Positions 1 through 11,774 of a stretch of DNA of 64,000 nucleotides are shown in pieces. How positions within the stretch are numbered: position 1 is the stretch's first letter; every line of letters begins with the position of its first letter. This DNA comes from Clostridia bacterium. Lineage in GTDB: Bacteria > Bacillota > Clostridia > Christensenellales > CAG-138. The stretch spans positions 60,394 through 124,393 of the forward strand of contig JAFWOT010000025.1 in assembly GCA_017509785.1 (NCBI GenBank), in the 5' to 3' direction. Below the pieces are notes generated by a model. The model was not told the DNA's origin, did not search any database, and was given only the letters and a program-made list of their open reading frames with translations. The position numbers and the translations under genes are program-made.

Positions 1-260
1 TACACATGGGAAGGAGCGGAGCCCGGCTTCCCGTCATATCGAAAGGATCGGTTTACGGGAGCTACGTCCACGGCATATTCGACGCCGACGGCGTTGCCGA
101 AACCATGCTCCGCGCTCTCTGCGAAAAAAAGGGAGCGGACGCATCCGCTCTGGGTTCGTTTGACGAGAACGCCTATCGGCAGGCACAGTACGATAAGCTC
201 GCCGACGCTGTGCGTGAGGGGCTCGATATGGATCTCGTCCATCGCATACTGTGGGGATAG
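1..260 (+). CDS. CobQ-like (cobyric acid synthase) glutamine amidotransferase, C-terminal fragment; 5' end outside window
   Basis: ORF open to the window edge. GSVYGSYVHGIFDADG resembles the GTYLHGxFDN motif near the end of the CobQ GATase domain. Family call from memory only. Confidence 0.45.
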   Translation, partial: HMGRSGARLPVISKGSVYGSYVHGIFDADGVAETMLRALCEKKGADASALGSFDENAYRQAQYDKLADAVREGLDMDLVHRILWG

Positions 261-417
261 GCCGCCCCCAAACCCGGAGCTTCGTTCAGTGCAGGCTCTC
301 TTCAAGGCCGCTCCCTTGGGTATACGGCTCCGCAGATCAAAGTTCTACCGAAATTCGACCTTCAAACCCTTGCAAAAACGGCGTCGGCGTGTTATCGTTT
401 TTTGCGGAGGAAAGAAT

Positions 418-1116
418 ATGGACAGGAGATACGCGATAGGCAATTTCATCTATGAGCTGAGACAGCAAAAGGGCCTTACGCAGAAACAGCTTGGCGACAT
501 GCTCGGTGTGACGAACAAGGCGGTTTCAAAGTGGGAGACCGGCGCGGCCGTGCCGCGAATAGGATATCTGCACGATCTCTCCGCCATACTCGGGTGCACT
601 GAGGAGGAGCTTTTCCTCGGCTGCCGCACCGGCGGGGATGAGCCGGAACCAAGTATCACGGCACAGGAAAGTTACGTTTCCGTCGTAAAGAGATGCGACG
701 CGTGCAGGCATGAAGCAAAACCGGAAGGGCGGGCATTTAAGAAAAAGCTTATATGCCAAAAATGCGGAGCAGAGTTGAAAGCCACTGCAGGCTGGACTGC
801 GGCTGTTATTGCAGCGGCCTCGATCATTCTGCTGGCGGCAGCTGTGTGCACGGTTATTATTTCGACCGATCTTTTGATCGTAAATTTTTACGCGCAGGGT
901 TTCCCGAATATGGAAGAAGCTGCATTCCATAATTCACTGCTCGAACACTTTCCCAAGATCAAAACGATCGGTCTGCTCGCCGAATGCTTTATATTTGTCG
1001 CATGTGTTTCAGCGTCATTTCTGCTGATCTGTTTATTGGTTTTCCTGCTTCGTAAATGCATCAGGTATAAGGTAATACGATATCCGCACGCTGAGGACGG
1101 GAAGATCGTGCTTTGA
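418..1116 (+). CDS. XRE-family HTH regulator with CxxC pairs and C-terminal transmembrane segments
   Basis: ATG at 418 follows GGAGG. HTH LTQKQLGDMLGVTNKAVSKWETG. CDAC...CQKC zinc-ribbon-like pairs, then long hydrophobic stretches (AAVIAAASIILLAAAVCTVII; FIFVACVSASFLLICLLVFLL). Confidence 0.75.
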   Translation: MDRRYAIGNFIYELRQQKGLTQKQLGDMLGVTNKAVSKWETGAAVPRIGYLHDLSAILGCTEEELFLGCRTGGDEPEPSITAQESYVSVVKRCDACRHEAKPEGRAFKKKLICQKCGAELKATAGWTAAVIAAASIILLAAAVCTVIISTDLLIVNFYAQGFPNMEEAAFHNSLLEHFPKIKTIGLLAECFIFVACVSASFLLICLLVFLLRKCIRYKVIRYPHAEDGKIVL

Positions 1117-1555
1117 GAACAGCTGAACGTTTTGTGTAAAAACGCGGATCGCCGATACAAAGAACAGCTCTTTTGGGCGCATTCACATAAGGATATACAG
1201 CCTCAAAAGGTATCTTTTTGCGCCGTACTGCGTCTAAAATGCTCGAAAGACTTTCCAAGTATTCCTGCGCTTTTCTCCTTGTCCGGCACAAAAATCTCCT
1301 CTTTTGAGGTGCTTCGCAGTTTTCAGCATTCAAACAAACAAGATACCGGGGATGGATCTCCATCCCCGGTTTTGCTTTTATCTCGATCGGTCTCCTCTGC
1401 TGAAAACCTGCATCTCCTTAAGTGAATGCACCCTTCAGTTCCCTTTTTTCGCTTTTCACGGAGCGTGAAAAGCGATTTGTTTTTGCATATCGGATCTCGC
1501 TGCCTGCGTTCCGCGCCAACGCGGTTTCGATCTGCGCATAAAACCCTGGCCCTTT

Positions 1556-2914
1556 TCAGCCCCGTTCTTTATTGACTATTCGGAGTATGCGCTCCTCTGC
1601 GGAGGCGAGCTCGCTCCTTATCGAGGGGATGGACGTCTCGCTCGTCGGGACGACGACGAAGCACTTCCCTCCGAGCGAAGCGAACACGCGGCAGGGGCGG
1701 CAGCGGGCGCTCACGACCTTCACTCCGCCCGAGGTGCGCTTCAGACCGACCTCCTCGATGAACGTGTCGTTCGCGGCCTGCTGCGCCATGCTCGAGACGA
1801 AATTCCCGAGCGAATACATGCATAGCACGCGCCTCCCGTCGGAGGCGTTTATCCACACGACGGGCTGAACGGCGTGGGAGTGCGCGCCGCAGATTATGTC
1901 CGCGCCGGCGTCGGCGAGCTGCTTCGCGTGCCTGCGGACGGTCTCCGTCGGCTCGTGGGTATGCTCTATGCCCCAATGCGCGTATACGATGACGATCTCG
2001 GCTCCGTCCGCGCGGGCGGCCGCTATGTCGCGCTTTGCGGCGGCCTCGGAATAGCGGTTGAGCATCCAGGTATGATTCCCGACGCATCCCTCGAAACCGT
2101 TGAAGAACTCGGAATAGGACAGGAGCGCCGTCCTGACTCCCTTTACTTCGATCATCAGATAGCGCTTCGACGAGGCGCTTTTGAATAGCCCCGTGCCGTA
2201 AAGCCCATACTCCCTGACGGCGTCGACGGTGTCGATCACGCCCTGTTTGCCCGCGTCGCAGCAATGGTTGTTCGCGAGGGAGAGCGCGTCGAAGCCCGCG
2301 TATTTGACCGCCTCAAGATACTGCTTCGGGCCGTTGCAGTTGGGCTTGCCGTTGATCTCCTTCTCCTCGGAGGCGTAGGGCCATGAATCGGAGAGCGTCG
2401 TTTCGAGATTGCCGAAGGCGCAGTCCGCGCGGGAAAGCAGCTTTTTAACGTAGGTGAAGGAGGGCTTGAAATCGTAGCCGTTCCCGCCGGCCTGGCTCTT
2501 TGCCGCGAACTGCTGACCGGAAAGGCACATGAGATCGCCGACGAACATCAGCGTGACATCCGCGCCTCCCTCCCCGGTTTGGGGGGCGGAGGTCGGCTTC
2601 GGGGTGCCTGTGGGGTTTGGAGTCTTCGTGGGCTTCGGCGTCTTCGTCGGCGCGGGCGTGGGCGCGGCAGTGGGCTCCGGAGTCGGAGCCGGAGTCGGCG
2701 CGGGAGTCGGGACCGGCGTCGGAACGGAGGTCGGCGCCTGCGTCGGGATCGGGGTCGTCTCCGGCGTGGGTTCCTCTATCCGGATGGCGGAAGGATCCCG
2801 CCCCGTCGGCAGAGGATCAACTCCCCCTTCGCGCGGGAAACAGCCCGCAAGGAGCAGGCACAGCGCCGCCGTTAGCAGCACGGCGGCTTTGAATCTTCTT
2901 CTCATACGGATCAC
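1556..2914 (-). CDS. CapA/PGA_cap family metallophosphatase-like lipoprotein with PT-rich linker
   Basis: Signal peptide plus lipobox LLAGC. About 70 aa of P/T-rich linker. Motifs MFVGDLM, NLETTLSD and ANNHCCDAG are typical of CapA. Start is ambiguous: GTG at 2914 or ATG at 2905. Confidence 0.8.
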   Translation of the reverse strand: MIRMRRRFKAAVLLTAALCLLLAGCFPREGGVDPLPTGRDPSAIRIEEPTPETTPIPTQAPTSVPTPVPTPAPTPAPTPEPTAAPTPAPTKTPKPTKTPNPTGTPKPTSAPQTGEGGADVTLMFVGDLMCLSGQQFAAKSQAGGNGYDFKPSFTYVKKLLSRADCAFGNLETTLSDSWPYASEEKEINGKPNCNGPKQYLEAVKYAGFDALSLANNHCCDAGKQGVIDTVDAVREYGLYGTGLFKSASSKRYLMIEVKGVRTALLSYSEFFNGFEGCVGNHTWMLNRYSEAAAKRDIAAARADGAEIVIVYAHWGIEHTHEPTETVRRHAKQLADAGADIICGAHSHAVQPVVWINASDGRRVLCMYSLGNFVSSMAQQAANDTFIEEVGLKRTSGGVKVVSARCRPCRVFASLGGKCFVVVPTSETSIPSIRSELASAEERILRIVNKERG

Positions 2915-3076
2915 ACTGAGCCGGGGGCTCTCCCTTCCTTTAATACGAATAGATCATAACATATATTCAGGTTAAAAACAATACCGTAATACGCGCCGTG
3001 TTCCGTTCAAGATTGACAAAACCCGTATTTGGGAGTATCATATCCACGAAAAAACAAGGAAAGGAAGGCATGTATC

Positions 3077-4540
3077 ATGCCCTGTACGACACTTCTCGTA
3101 GGCAGGAAAGCCTCGAATGACAATTCCACGATGATCGCCCGCACCGACGACGGGCATTTCGACACCAAGAAGCTCATAGTTGTCGAGCCGAAGGATCAGA
3201 AGCGCAAATATAAGTCCGTGCTCTCGCACGTTGAGATCGAGCTGCCGGCGGAGCCAATGCGCTATACCTCCTGCCCCAGCGTCGACACGAAGGACGGTAT
3301 CTGGGCGGCGACGGGCATAAACGAAGCGAACGTCGGCATGACGGCGACGGAGACCATCACCTCCAACCCGCGCGTGCTCGCGGCGGATCCGCTCGTTGAG
3401 CTCAGGAAGGCGAAGAAGCGCGGTGAAAAGGAGATCCCCGGCGGCATAGGCGAGGAGGACATACTCGTGCTCGTTCTGCCCTATATCCGTACCGCGAGGG
3501 AGGGCGTTCTGCGCCTTGCGGAGCTGCTTGAAAAATACGGCACTTATGAATCGAACGGGATCGCCTTCAACGACGAGAACGAGATCTGGTGGATGGAGAC
3601 CATCGGCGGCCATCATTGGATGGCAAAGCGCGTGCCCGACGACCGCGTCGTGATAATGCCCAACCAGTTCGGCATGGACAGCTTCGATCTCGACGACGCG
3701 TTCGGAAAAAAGGAGTCGCATATGTGTTCCGCGGATCTTCGCGAGTTTATCGCGGAAAACAGCCTCGACTGCAATCAGGGCGGCCGTTTCGACCCGAGGA
3801 ACGTCTTCGGCTCGCACTCCGATCAGGATCATATCTACAACACTCCCCGCGCGTGGTACATGGGGCGTTTCATCGCGCCGCGCGCCTATAAATGGGACGG
3901 CGCGGACGCGGACTTCACCCCGGAGAGCGACGATATCCCCTGGAGCTTCGTGCCGGAGCGCAAGCTCGCCGCGGAGGACGTGAAATACCTGCTCTCCTCG
4001 AATTACGTCGGCACTCCCTATAACCCCTATCTCAATCAGGATACGGGCGTGAGGGGCAAGTACCGCTCCATCGGCATCAACCGGACGGGCGTTACCGCGA
4101 TCTGCCAGATCCGAAACGGCGTGCCCGACGCGATAAAGGGCATCGAGTGGGTGTGCTTCGCCTCCACCACGTTCGACGCCGCCCTGCCCGTCTACACGAA
4201 CGTGCGCAGGATGCCCGCGTATCTTTCCAACGTGACGCTCGACGTGAGCTCGGAGAACTTCTATTGGTCGAGCGCGATGATAGGCGCCCTTGCCGACCAC
4301 AGCTACAACTCCTGCATTCAGCACGTGCAGCGCTATCAGTCGAAGGTCATGACAGAGGGCAGGCGGATCATCCGCGAGTACGACCGGAGGATGATCGGGA
4401 GCGGCGACTTCTCCCTTGCGGAAAAGGCAAACGAAGAGCTCTGCGCCATGGCGAAGGAACAGACGACGTATACCCTCGGCAAGGTGCTTTACGAGGCCTC
4501 CGTTACAATGAAGAACGGCTACAACAGAGCCGATAACTGA
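3077..4540 (+). CDS. C69 family dipeptidase
   Basis: ATG at 3077 after AAGGAAAGGAAGG. N-terminus MPCTTLLVGRKAS has the Cys nucleophile directly after Met. Length is about 487 aa. Confidence 0.85.
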   Translation: MPCTTLLVGRKASNDNSTMIARTDDGHFDTKKLIVVEPKDQKRKYKSVLSHVEIELPAEPMRYTSCPSVDTKDGIWAATGINEANVGMTATETITSNPRVLAADPLVELRKAKKRGEKEIPGGIGEEDILVLVLPYIRTAREGVLRLAELLEKYGTYESNGIAFNDENEIWWMETIGGHHWMAKRVPDDRVVIMPNQFGMDSFDLDDAFGKKESHMCSADLREFIAENSLDCNQGGRFDPRNVFGSHSDQDHIYNTPRAWYMGRFIAPRAYKWDGADADFTPESDDIPWSFVPERKLAAEDVKYLLSSNYVGTPYNPYLNQDTGVRGKYRSIGINRTGVTAICQIRNGVPDAIKGIEWVCFASTTFDAALPVYTNVRRMPAYLSNVTLDVSSENFYWSSAMIGALADHSYNSCIQHVQRYQSKVMTEGRRIIREYDRRMIGSGDFSLAEKANEELCAMAKEQTTYTLGKVLYEASVTMKNGYNRADN

Positions 4541-4554
4541 AGCATATCCCGGGT

Positions 4555-4592
4555 CAGCTCCGCGGTCTCACGCATCGCGGAGCTTTTCTGTT
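4555..4592 (+). terminator. Intrinsic terminator after the dipeptidase gene
   Basis: Hairpin CAGCTCCGCG...CGCGGAGCT followed by TTTTCTGTT, 15 nt after the stop codon. Confidence 0.6.
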
Positions 4593-4619
4593 GCAATAAA
4601 ACCGCATCCATGGTATAAT
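4591..4619 (+). promoter_or_regulatory. Near-consensus sigma-A type promoter
   Basis: TTGCAA (4591-4596), 17-nt spacer, TGgTATAAT (extended -10; TATAAT at 4614-4619). Confidence 0.5.
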
Positions 4620-4625
4620 GATCAT

Positions 4626-4790
4626 GCTGTACAAAACCGAATATCGATCCGCACAGAGTGAGCATACTGTTTCCGGCAGGAGCGCATCTTCGCTTTCTCA
4701 TCTTTGCGGATGGATTGGTTTTGTGCAGCAACAAACGGAGCTCTGCGTTTTTGCGTGTGCAGTCCCGTTTGGGCTGCACACTTTTTTATT
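4626..4790 (+). ncRNA. Candidate small RNA or orphan leader (family unknown)
   Basis: Lies between a strong promoter and an intrinsic terminator (GTGTGCAGTCC-loop-GGCTGCACAC plus TTTTTTATT, 4755-4790). A 12-bp helix joins 4627-4638 to 4717-4728, and a 6-bp helix joins 4647-4652 to 4706-4711. No credible ORF or RBS. Confidence 0.3.
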
Positions 4791-4912
4791 CCACGGCTCC
4801 TTCATCGCGGCAGGCCGGTCCCCTTTCCTTCCCGGCGCCCGTTGGACTTTCGGCTCCCTGCGAAGGCGGGGAGCCCTTTTCAATTTCGTGCATAATATAT
4901 TATTAATGGGTA

Positions 4913-4940
4913 TTGCAAATTATTGATACAGTGGTATAAT
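4913..4940 (+). promoter_or_regulatory. Sigma-A type promoter for the RHH-clpB unit
   Basis: TTGCAA (4913-4918), 16-nt spacer, TGgTATAAT (TATAAT at 4935-4940). AT palindromes at 4892-4903 and 4936-4945. Confidence 0.5.
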
Positions 4941-4984
4941 ATTATTGTCAAAAAGAGAGAATACATCTACCGGAGGTGAATGAA

Positions 4985-5632
4985 ATGGCAAAAAGCATCT
5001 ACTCCCTCGTGCTGGACGACGAAGTGATAGCGCTCATCGACCGCATGGCGTATGCGGAGGGCGCGAGCCGTTCGGCGCTCATCAACCGGATACTTGCGGA
5101 GCGCGTCGGGTATTCCACGCACGAGATGCGCACGCGGGACATATTCCGCCGCATGGAGGATATGCTTGCGGACACGCTCCTGCCGATGCTCGGCGAATCG
5201 GGCGACACGACAATGCGCCTGCGCTCGGCGATATCATATAAGTACAATCCCACGGTGAAATACACGGTCGCCCTCGGGCGGGACGGGGATTCCATCGGCG
5301 AGCTGCGCGCGCAGGTCAGGAGCCGCAGCGACGGCTTCACGCTTATGCTGCTGCAGTTCTTCCGGCTCTGGACGAGGCTCGAGGAGGCCTATATCGGGCG
5401 GACGGATATCAGCTTTGAGCCCGGCAGGCTCACGAGGAAGCTCGTTCCCCACAGGAAGGAGGACGGCTCGCTCATGAGCTCCGTCCGCGGTGAGGATATC
5501 GCCGCCTACATAAACGCGTTCGACGGCGCGATGAAGGCCTTTTTCGACAGCATAAACGACCCCGCGGACGCCACCCGCGCCGCCGAGAGCGTAATGGCGG
5601 AGTACGTGAAGCAAAACGAGATCATCATGTGA
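4985..5632 (+). CDS. Ribbon-helix-helix (CopG-like) domain protein, otherwise uncharacterised
   Basis: ATG at 4985 lies 8 nt after GGAGG. The N-terminus SIYSLVLDDEVIALIDRMAYAEGASRSALINRILAERVG fits the RHH strand-helix-helix pattern. Confidence 0.65.
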   Translation: MAKSIYSLVLDDEVIALIDRMAYAEGASRSALINRILAERVGYSTHEMRTRDIFRRMEDMLADTLLPMLGESGDTTMRLRSAISYKYNPTVKYTVALGRDGDSIGELRAQVRSRSDGFTLMLLQFFRLWTRLEEAYIGRTDISFEPGRLTRKLVPHRKEDGSLMSSVRGEDIAAYINAFDGAMKAFFDSINDPADATRAAESVMAEYVKQNEIIM

Positions 5633-5651
5633 CCCGAAAGGGGGTTATTAT

Positions 5652-8231
<2,580 letters not shown>

Positions 8232-8365
8232 TACGGATCAGACCGCTGACAAAGCTCCCGCAAGACATATCCCCGAAGCTGGCCTGCCCGGCCGCTTCGG
8301 GGATCATACCTTCATACGTGTTTTCGGGATGAAATACTCCCGTTAAGCGGGTTTGACGGTAAACC

Positions 8366-8400
8366 GAGCCGTCCGTCCGGGCGGCTCTTTTGCGCGGTTT
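8366..8400 (+). terminator. Intrinsic terminator downstream of clpB
   Basis: GAGCCGTCC-loop-GGGCGGCTC followed by TTTTGCGCGGTTTT. Confidence 0.5.
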
Positions 8401-8469
8401 TGACTCCTGCGCTTGACTTTTCCGCGCCGTGTAAATATAATATATGTATTAATCCAACGGAGGTGTTTT

Positions 8470-8994
8470 ATGGATCAAAAGGTCAAGAACGTCCTGCGCA
8501 GCTACGTATTCGACGGAGTGCTGATGCTGGCGCTGGGTATAGTGCTGCTCATCTGGCCGAAGACCGCGCTCAATACGATTTTCTACGTTATCGGCGCGGC
8601 AGTCGCGCTGATGGGGCTCATCAAGGTGATATTCTTCTTCGCTCAGAGCGCCGACCGGGCGGCGATGGATCTCGTGATGGGCGTCGCGCAGATAGGTCTC
8701 GGCGTGGCTCTCATAGTGAAGGTCGATTTCTTCATCGAGTTCTTCAACGTGATACTCGCGATACTCTTAGCCTACGGCGCGCTGCTGCTCTTCGCGCAGG
8801 CGGTGATACTGCGGCGCGGCGCGTTCTTCGCGCTGGCGCTCATATTCGCCGTCATCACTATGGCGCTCGCGGTGATAATATTCCTCGATCCGGCGGGGTT
8901 CGCCTCCTTCATGACGCAGCTCCGCGGTATCGCGCTCATCGTCGAGGGGCTCGCGATGCTCATAGTTCTGGCAAAGGTCAAGAAGACGGCGTAA
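8470..8994 (+). CDS. HdeD/DUF308-like integral membrane protein
   Basis: ATG at 8470 after GGAGG. About six hydrophobic helices. N-terminus FDGVLMLALGIVLLIWP is typical of DUF308. Confidence 0.65.
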   Translation: MDQKVKNVLRSYVFDGVLMLALGIVLLIWPKTALNTIFYVIGAAVALMGLIKVIFFFAQSADRAAMDLVMGVAQIGLGVALIVKVDFFIEFFNVILAILLAYGALLLFAQAVILRRGAFFALALIFAVITMALAVIIFLDPAGFASFMTQLRGIALIVEGLAMLIVLAKVKKTA

Positions 8995-9111
8995 AACGCT
9001 TTGCTCTTCGGGGATCGGGGAATGCTCCGGTCCCCCTTTTCATTACAGAAAGGCTTTTACTTTTCCGGATGCCGTGGTATAATAGGGGCAAATAAAAAAC
9101 AAGGAGTCATT

Positions 9112-10017
9112 ATGGTTTACGACGTAGCGGTAGTCGGCGCGGGCATCGCCGGCATGACGGCGGCGATATACGCGCGCCGGGCGGGAAAATCGGTTGTTAT
9201 GTTTGAAAAGGAAAGCATCGGCGGGCAGATTGCGCTTTCGCCCAAGGTCGAGAATTACCCCGGCTTTACGGCGATATCGGGGCTCGATCTTTCCGATAAT
9301 ATCTTTCAGCAGGCGTTGGGCCTGGGCGTGGATCTTGAAGTCGATGAGGTCAAGTCCGTAGAGCAAGCCGACGGGATATTCAAAATCACCTGCGCTTACG
9401 GCGCTTACGAGGCGAAGTCCGTGGTGCTGGCGACGGGCCTCAAGCACCGCAGGCTCGAAGCGGCCGCTCCCTTTGAGGGCAGGGGCGTTTCCTACTGCGC
9501 GGTGTGCGACGGCGCCTTCTATAAGGGGAAGACCGTCGCCGTGGTCGGCGGAGGGAACACCGCCGTCTCCGAGGCGATCTACCTTGCGGATATCTGCGAG
9601 AAGGTGTACCTCATCCACAGGCGTTCGGGCTACCGTGCTGAGAAGGCCGTGATGGATACCTTCATGGCGAAGGAGAACATAATCCGCCTTGAAAACAAGG
9701 TGGTCGAGAAGGTCGCGGGCGATAAGACCGCCTCGCACCTCACGCTGAAGGATACCGTGGACGGCTCTCTTTCGGAGCTCGATATAGACGGGCTTTTCAT
9801 CGCCCTCGGGCACGAGCCGCAGAGCGCCGCGTTTGCCGGGCTCATAGAGCTTGACGGGGACGGATTCGCCCTCTCGGACGAGAGCTGTACGACGCCCACT
9901 CCGGGGCTCTTCGTCGCGGGGGACTGCCGCAGGAAGGCCGTGCGCCAGCTGACGACAGCGGCTTCCGACGGGGCGGCCGCAGGGCTTGCCGCCGCGAAGT
10001 ATGTCGACGGATTATGA
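9112..10017 (+). CDS. trxB: Thioredoxin-disulfide reductase
   Basis: ATG at 9112 after AAGGAG. FAD motif VVGAGIAGMTAA, redox-active CAVCDG, NADPH motif VVGGGNTAVSEA. Confidence 0.9.
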   Translation: MVYDVAVVGAGIAGMTAAIYARRAGKSVVMFEKESIGGQIALSPKVENYPGFTAISGLDLSDNIFQQALGLGVDLEVDEVKSVEQADGIFKITCAYGAYEAKSVVLATGLKHRRLEAAAPFEGRGVSYCAVCDGAFYKGKTVAVVGGGNTAVSEAIYLADICEKVYLIHRRSGYRAEKAVMDTFMAKENIIRLENKVVEKVAGDKTASHLTLKDTVDGSLSELDIDGLFIALGHEPQSAAFAGLIELDGDGFALSDESCTTPTPGLFVAGDCRRKAVRQLTTAASDGAAAGLAAAKYVDGL

Positions 10018-10059
10018 AGCGAAGGCTCGGGAACGGGCCCCGAAGAAGGAGGAAAAGGC

Positions 10060-10329
10060 ATGGAGAAGAACAGCTGCAGGTATTTTCAGAACAGGGAATG
10101 CGAGTATTTCCCCTGCCACAAGGGGGCGGATGAGGAATTCTTCAACTGCCTGTTCTGCTACTGCCCGCTCTACGCTCTCGGCGATAAATGCGGCGGGAAC
10201 TTCCGTTATATGGAGAGCGGCATAAAGGATTGTTCCAACTGCCTCGTCCCGCATTCGCGCGGAGGATACGATTACGTTATAAAGAATTTCGGGAAGATCT
10301 CCGAGCTGGCGAGGAAGAAGGAAGAATAA
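10060..10329 (+). CDS. Cysteine-rich small domain protein (putative metal-binding)
   Basis: 89 aa with many Cys (CRYFQNRECEYFPCH...CLFCYCPLY...CSNC). Confidence 0.65.
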   Translation: MEKNSCRYFQNRECEYFPCHKGADEEFFNCLFCYCPLYALGDKCGGNFRYMESGIKDCSNCLVPHSRGGYDYVIKNFGKISELARKKEE

Positions 10330-10335
10330 GCATTA

Positions 10336-10361
10336 TAAAAAAGGGCTCCGGGCCCTTTTTT
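10336..10361. terminator. Bidirectional intrinsic terminator between convergent genes
   Basis: AAAAAAGGGCTCCGGGCCCTTTTTT: a GC hairpin flanked by an A-run and a T-run. Confidence 0.65.
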
Positions 10362-10957
10362 CATATTATGCCCATCTTCCTCATCGCGTCGGCCAATATG
10401 CGGCTGTGGTCGCCGGCGAGGTTTTCGGCGGGGATGAAAGCCGCCCTGCCGTTTTGGAATTCGTAGGGGACGGTGATCCTCTCCCCCGTTGCCGAATGCG
10501 TGAGTGTGATGACGCGGGCGGAGGTATCCGCCTCGATGACGAAAAGCCCCGCGTCGGCGGCGTCATCGGCGGCCTTCGGGCGCGCGCCCTCGGGCAGCTC
10601 CATTATGAACGCCACGGTGATTATGCGCCCGCGCGGATCGCGCTCCGGGTCGCCGTACGCGCCGAGCTGGACGGGAGTGACGCCGGAGACGCCCGTTTCC
10701 TCACAGAGCTCGCGCATCGCCCCCTCCTCCAGGGATTCGTCCATCTCGAGGAAGCCCCCGGGGAAGGCCCAATCGCCTATGAACGGATGGTTGCGCCTCT
10801 TTATGAGAAGCACCGCCGGGCGGCCTTCGATCCCGGAAAGAACTATATTATCGACCGTCACGCTCGGACGGTCGTATTTTTTAAGGTCATACTCCGCCAA
10901 AAACTCTTGGAGAGTCTGACCTTTTTCGTTTACTCTGCTTTGCTTTTCATTGTTCAT
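10361..10957 (-). CDS. NUDIX hydrolase
   Basis: Nudix box GGFLEMDESLEEGAMRELCEETGV. ATG at 10957 (MNNEKQ) chosen, overlapping the murI stop by 11 nt. The longer ORF to 11125 would run deep into murI. Confidence 0.8.
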   Translation of the reverse strand: MNNEKQSRVNEKGQTLQEFLAEYDLKKYDRPSVTVDNIVLSGIEGRPAVLLIKRRNHPFIGDWAFPGGFLEMDESLEEGAMRELCEETGVSGVTPVQLGAYGDPERDPRGRIITVAFIMELPEGARPKAADDAADAGLFVIEADTSARVITLTHSATGERITVPYEFQNGRAAFIPAENLAGDHSRILADAMRKMGII

Positions 10958-11774
10958 AGATGGGGGTCTCCAGAAGCCTTCTGAATATGGGTTCGAGCGA
11001 TCCCTCGTCGCCGCTCGTGAAGAAGCTGACACGGTTTTCGGGGGGAGTCGCCATGGGGTCCGCTTCGAGCCCGTTTGCGCGGAGCACGCGCCGCAGCTGC
11101 CTCGCGGTGCCTTCGTTGCCGTCATAGAGGCGACAGGCGCCCTTAAAATGCGCCCGGGCGTAACGCTCGAAAACCGGGGCTATCAGCGGATAATGCGTGC
11201 AGCCGAGGACTATGCCGTCGACTTTTTTCCCCTCGAAGGGGGCGAGCTTTTCTTCGAGCAGACGAAGGATATCCTCCTCCAAGGCGGAGCCCGATTCGAT
11301 CAGCTCGACGAGCCCGGAGCAGCCGACGTTTATCACCCGTTCGGGTTCCCTCATGCGGGCCTGCAGGGCTTTGTATCGGGCGAGCTTCGTGGTGGCGACG
11401 GTAGCAAGCATAAGCACGCAGCCTTCGCCGGGGGTCTCGCAGGCGGGCTTTATCGCGGGCTCGACGGAGACGACGGGAACGTCGAGCTTGCGGCGAAGCG
11501 CGTTGATGGAGGCGGAGGTCGCCGTGTTGCAGGCGACGACAAGCGCCTTCACGCCCTTATGAAGGAGCAGATCCGCCGCGGCCTCGGAGAGCGCGAGTAT
11601 CTCATCCTCGCGCTTGTCGCCGTAGGGGGCGTTGGCGTTATCGCCGAAATAGATGAACCTCTCGTTGGGGAGCAGGCGAAGTATGTTCCGCAGGGTGCTC
11701 GCCCCGCCGAAGCCGGAATCGAAGACGCCGATCGGCCTCGCGTCGTATTCGGTTTTGAGTGTGATATCACTCAT
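10947..11774 (-). CDS. murI: Glutamate racemase
   Basis: Motifs VFDSGFGG, VVACNTATS and GCTHYP carry the two catalytic Cys contexts. Confidence 0.92.
   Translation of the reverse strand: MSDITLKTEYDARPIGVFDSGFGGASTLRNILRLLPNERFIYFGDNANAPYGDKREDEILALSEAAADLLLHKGVKALVVACNTATSASINALRRKLDVPVVSVEPAIKPACETPGEGCVLMLATVATTKLARYKALQARMREPERVINVGCSGLVELIESGSALEEDILRLLEEKLAPFEGKKVDGIVLGCTHYPLIAPVFERYARAHFKGACRLYDGNEGTARQLRRVLRANGLEADPMATPPENRVSFFTSGDEGSLEPIFRRLLETPIYEQ

Noticed and set aside
1061-1363. 100-aa minus-strand ORF and other small ORFs in the 1117-1555 intergenic region. Two plus-strand hairpin/T-run structures lie at about 1340-1375 and 1448-1485.
   Set aside because: The ORFs overlap the end of the XRE gene, lack an RBS and have odd composition. 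The hairpins may be terminators, but I cannot tie them to a transcript with confidence.
4618-4926. 102-aa and 82-aa plus-strand ORFs in the 4540-4975 intergenic region.
   Set aside because: - They have no Shine-Dalgarno sequence.
- They run straight through a strong intrinsic terminator.
- Their composition is low-complexity and hydrophobic.

The region is better explained as an RNA element.
8238-8252. The 15-mer TCAGACCGCTGACAA occurs just after clpB and again at 56498-56512 after htrA, both near CCCGCAAG/CTTGCGGG. This could be a shared regulatory or REP element downstream of two proteostasis genes.
   Set aside because: At 56501 it is simply one arm of the htrA terminator hairpin. At 8238 no complementary arm exists. 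Two copies in 64 kb cannot be distinguished from chance or a decayed terminator without genome-wide counts.
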